Assembly: GCF_002571385.2 (NCBI RefSeq)
Contig: NW_019217784.1
Coordinates: 148,622 to 212,621, forward strand
DNA: 64,000 nt
Direction: 5' to 3'
DNA from: Stylophora pistillata
Lineage: Eukaryota
The notes below the pieces were generated by a model. That model did not search any database. It had not been told where the DNA came from and was given only the letters and a program-made list of their open reading frames with translations. Both the position numbers and the translations under genes were made by a program. Below, piece after piece: positions 62,014-64,000 of this stretch; the first letter of the stretch is position 1; each line of letters starts with the position of its first letter.

Positions 62014-62568
62014 ATGGCGAAGTCAAGCAATGAGTCTCTTATTATGACATTACTGGAACAGATCAGGGCTTTAGAAGATGAAAGGGATAAGGCTTTGCAG
62101 CTTTCTAGCGAGCTTGAGAAGAAGGTGAGGGCTCGGAATAAATCAGAAACAGACTCTTACGGGGATCAAGGTATCGACAGCCCCAGCGAGGAATCTGAGA
62201 CGAAACTCGAGAAATTAAAGGAGGAGAACGAAGTATTGAAAGGAACTGTCGAATCAATGGCACAAGCGGTGATATTTGATCTCGAAGAAATTCGACTTAA
62301 TGAAGAGCAACGAAGATTTAATTTAAAAGAGCTTATTTGCGAGGATCAGAATCATCGATCCGAAGAGTCAAGCGAGGACATGGATGCTGATGGTTATAAG
62401 ACAATGTTGGACATGTGTAAAAAGTATTATGGAAAAATGGTGGCAGAACTTCAGGACGAGAGAAGCTCTTTACAGCAGAAGGTTGAGAAACAGCAAGCTT
62501 TGCTCCTGGAAAAGGAAATGAAAATCGCAGAACTGGAAATGAAACTACAGCAAGTTTCTCGAAAGTAA
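62014..62568 (+). CDS. Intronless 184-aa acidic coiled-coil protein of unknown family
   Basis: Intact ORF in a GGAATGG start context. It has E/K/L-rich heptad segments (LLEQIRALEDERDKALQLSSELEKKV; LQDERSSLQQKVEKQQALLLEKEMKIAELEMKL). Confidence 0.7.
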   Translation: MAKSSNESLIMTLLEQIRALEDERDKALQLSSELEKKVRARNKSETDSYGDQGIDSPSEESETKLEKLKEENEVLKGTVESMAQAVIFDLEEIRLNEEQRRFNLKELICEDQNHRSEESSEDMDADGYKTMLDMCKKYYGKMVAELQDERSSLQQKVEKQQALLLEKEMKIAELEMKLQQVSRK

Positions 62569-64000
62569 AGTATGATAATTGCTTGAAATGCATCTTAGTT
62601 AAAACAGGTTAAAGTTTCCTTTTTTGATAGGTGACACGGGGTAAAACCAAAGTTCAAATCTGATTTATCATTCATAGGTCGTATGGAAATAGTCATGGTT
62701 ATAATGGTAAATTTGTAATTTGTTAACCTAAGCTTTTACTCCTATGAAAGACCTAGACAGAGTTTTTCCTTACAATATCTAAACAATATTAGGCAGACAA
62801 GCAATGAAATTAAAGAGGAAAACATCAATTAGGGGAATATTAGTTTATCTGATGTGAAATTCTCAAACTCACATCATAAGAGTTGTACAGCACACAGTAA
62901 GGAGAATCACAAATGAGATCTTGGGATCGACAGGGTTGAGATGCATCAATGCTGTGGTTGATTAATGTCCATGCCTAGTGTTAAAGATTTTCTCTTTTCT
63001 ACATATTGGAAGGAAAATTTAGTGATGTCTTTCATTGTGATAATGAAATGTAGAAATGTAAAGAAAAATTTGAAATGTTTTCCATTATAGTATGCCAAAG
63101 AAAAATTTCAGTTTCCTGAGATTGTTTGATTTTGAGACCCTTGCTGACACATTTGTTTGCACATTAGGTGAATAGTTTTCAGTGAATCAAGGAAGTGAAA
63201 ATAGTTTCTCTGCTGTGCATAAGTGAATGGAAAACTGCCTCGTCATTGTGCAAAACTGCTTATTAACAAGGCATGGGTTGATGAGGATTACAGTTTATTC
63301 ACTTAATGTTTATGTAGTATAATTTCCGCCGAGGGTCGGTTAGCATCGAGCTGTTTCGATGCTTAGGCAAATGTTGGGTTTAACGCGAGCCCGCACACGG
63401 GGTGCAAGACACTCAACTGCTTTACAATCAACTTAATCTACTTTATTGCTTGAATCAAGGATCTTATATACATAATGGTAGCTAAATCATACGTGATACA
63501 AAATACAGAAGATAATATGAGTTTCCCTTGGAATAAACAACTTAATTACCACGTATCCGCAATTTCACAGATATGGGAGGACACTTTCGTAATTTCGACA
63601 CTTTCGTAATTATGTAATCAAAGCCTACTTTAAAATTGTTTGTCACGCTATGCTTAACTTTACAGCATCTTTTGACCCATATGACAAAAAGTTAAATGAC
63701 TTGTTCTTAGAAAAGCAATAACTCGAATTAGGACATTCCTTTTGTTTCACAGTTAAATGTTGCAATTGTCAAGTGAGTTATTTAGAAATGCCTTTGGAAA
63801 TTAAGAAGCATTACCTGCAAAGTGGTTGTTACACTAAAGACTGAGTTAAAAGGGCATTCTCATATTGCAGCATTTAATTTCACAATTGAATTGCAAAAAT
63901 AAGAGTTGCAGCTCTACTGCTGCTTGAAATAATGTTGCCAGCCATTTGTTATTTGCAAAATCAATTAAACAGAGTCAAATTGATTTCTAAGAACGTAATT

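Overview
This is eukaryotic (animal) genomic DNA: AT-rich, intron-containing, with scaffold gaps. The gene content and repeat families look like a cnidarian, most likely a scleractinian coral (inference). Genes from left to right: two tandem CTHRC1-like short secreted collagens (-), the left one with a 1-bp frameshift; an orphan class-A GPCR (-, 2 exons); two tandem ACP5/TRAP-like purple acid phosphatases (-), one apparently soluble and one with a predicted C-terminal membrane anchor; ZC3H3 (+, 16 coding exons, head-to-head with the second ACP5); a decayed intronless bacterial-type GH5 glycoside hydrolase (-) and a divergently oriented, intact, intronless ORF resembling the bacterial/phage DUF4313 family (+), which together form a candidate horizontally acquired island; dysbindin DTNBP1 (-); and an intronless orphan coiled-coil ORF (+) head-to-head with DTNBP1. 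Introns and intergenic DNA contain MITEs, palindromic Crypton-like elements, tRNA-derived SINEs, an RTE LINE tail, a Penelope-like GIY-YIG fragment with inverted terminal repeats, and several minimal hammerhead-ribozyme motifs. No rRNA, bona fide tRNA or CRISPR array was seen. Exon structures were built by hand from splice signals, codon phase and paralogue comparison. Family assignments come from remembered motifs, not database searches.
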